From: a virus
IMG/VR virus record: IMGVR_UViG_3300020030_000092
Location: 1-6,160 of that record
Reading direction: 5' to 3' (one strand)
DNA length: 6,160 nucleotides
Shown: in pieces, positions 5,728 through 6,160 of the stretch
Position numbering within the stretch: position 1 is the first letter of the stretch
How the letters are laid out: each line of letters begins with the position of its first letter
The notes under the pieces: generated by a model
What the model saw: only the letters and a program-made list of their open reading frames with translations
Told to the model about the DNA's origin: nothing
Databases searched by the model: none
Made by a program: the position numbers and the translations under genes

Positions 5728-5919
5728 ATGTCAGACGTTAAGCAACCTTTCTACAAATCGAAGGCTTTTTGGACGCTCGCCTCGTCTATTATCGCTGCCT
5801 TGGCCGCCTTTTTTCTTGCTTCTTGTTCTGCCCAGGCTAGAATGCAGCGTAGCGGCGTTCACATCGACACTGTCCGCGTTGATTACATTATTCGTTCTAA
5901 CAATTTAACTCACATTTAG
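5728..5919 (+). CDS. Predicted small lipoprotein / membrane-anchored peptide, 63 aa
   Basis: ATG 5728. The stop TAG 5917-5919 lies 1 nt before the VP2 ATG. The N-region carries Lys at positions 5, 10 and 12. A hydrophobic core reads AFWTLASSIIAALAAFFLAS. The lipobox is Leu-Ala-Ser-Cys at nt 5815-5826, with Cys33 encoded by TGT 5824-5826. The predicted mature peptide is 31 aa. Confidence 0.65.
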   Translation: MSDVKQPFYKSKAFWTLASSIIAALAAFFLASCSAQARMQRSGVHIDTVRVDYIIRSNNLTHI

Positions 5920-5920
5920 C

Positions 5921-6160
5921 ATGCCTATTCCTGTTGCTTCCGCCGCATCTTTTGGCCAGGCTCTTGGTCAGTCGGCTGCATCTACCGGTACTACTGGACT
6001 CATCACTGGCGCCCTCGGCCAGCTTTTTGGCGGTATGAACGCCCGCCGCCAATGGCGTTTTCAGCAAAAACAAATGAAGCTTCAGCAAAAGTATGCTCTC
6101 GAGCAGATGCAAAAGCAATCTGAGCTTTCCTACGCTAATTGGCAGAAGCAGTTTGATTAC
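5921..6160 (+). CDS. VP2: Minor capsid / DNA pilot protein VP2, N-terminal 80 codons. It is truncated only by the window end. The full gene is 5921..6039 plus 1..1138 on the circle, which is 1257 nt or 418 aa.
   Basis: ATG 5921 is in frame with ORF 35..1138 via the 6039-nt offset. The N-terminus MPIPVASAASFGQALGQSAASTGTTGLITGALGQLFGGMNARRQW is Gly/Ala-rich and hydrophobic with GxxxG spacing. This matches the membrane-inserting N-termini of microvirus pilot proteins. Confidence 0.85.
   Translation, partial: MPIPVASAASFGQALGQSAASTGTTGLITGALGQLFGGMNARRQWRFQQKQMKLQQKYALEQMQKQSELSYANWQKQFDY
6040..6160. repeat. Terminal redundancy (right copy)
   Basis: Exact copy of nt 1-121. Confidence 0.95.

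Larger units (their letters stand above)
1..6039 (+). other. Complete circular Microviridae genome unit (6039 nt), permuted so that the contig break lies inside the pilot-protein gene
   Basis: Nt 1-121 are identical to nt 6040-6160 (compared base by base), and the two copies touch both window ends. The gene set VP1 + VP2 + VP4 lies on one strand. The coding strand is T-rich. Genes are tightly packed, with spacers of 1-12 nt and one TAATG overlap. Confidence 0.9.

Noticed and set aside
1-6160. I searched for tRNA or rRNA genes, CRISPR arrays, IS elements or inverted terminal repeats, integrase genes and toxin-antitoxin pairs.
   Set aside because: There are no cloverleaf-capable segments and no regularly spaced repeats. 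There are no recombinase-size ORFs. The only long repeat is the 121-nt terminal redundancy, which circularity explains.

Overview
The window holds one complete, circularly permuted genome of a small ssDNA phage of the family Microviridae, plus a 121-nt overlap. The phage belongs to a non-phiX lineage. The 6 kb unit and 598-aa capsid protein suggest an Alpavirinae/Gokushovirinae-like virus. Nt 1-121 are identical to nt 6040-6160, so the unit length is 6039 nt.

All genes I can support are on the + strand:
- Pilot/minor capsid protein VP2, split by the window ends. The true start is ATG 5921 and it wraps to TGA 1136-1138, giving 418 aa.
- Rolling-circle replication initiator VP4 (2320-3390), with HUH and YxxKYxxK motifs.
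- Major capsid protein VP1 (3394-5190).
- Five small ORFans: 1220-1540, 1552-1875 (interrupted by an in-frame TAG), 2120-2320 (TAATG-coupled to VP4), 5203-5499 (acidic) and 5728-5919 (signal peptide plus lipobox).

Two stretches of about 230-240 nt lack convincing coding potential. The first (1876-2119) is a G+C-rich cluster of stem-loops and short repeats just upstream of the replication module, and is my best origin candidate. The second is 5500-5727.

The most interesting leads are the following:
- A predicted small lipoprotein gene abutting VP2, which could act in lysis or superinfection exclusion.
- The hairpin cluster at 1876-2119.
- TAG occurs as a stop only in the three least-understood small ORFs, and each TAG is followed by 67 or more open codons.

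I found no tRNA, rRNA, CRISPR, IS element or integrase. All family and function calls rest on motif recognition by eye, because no database search could be run.
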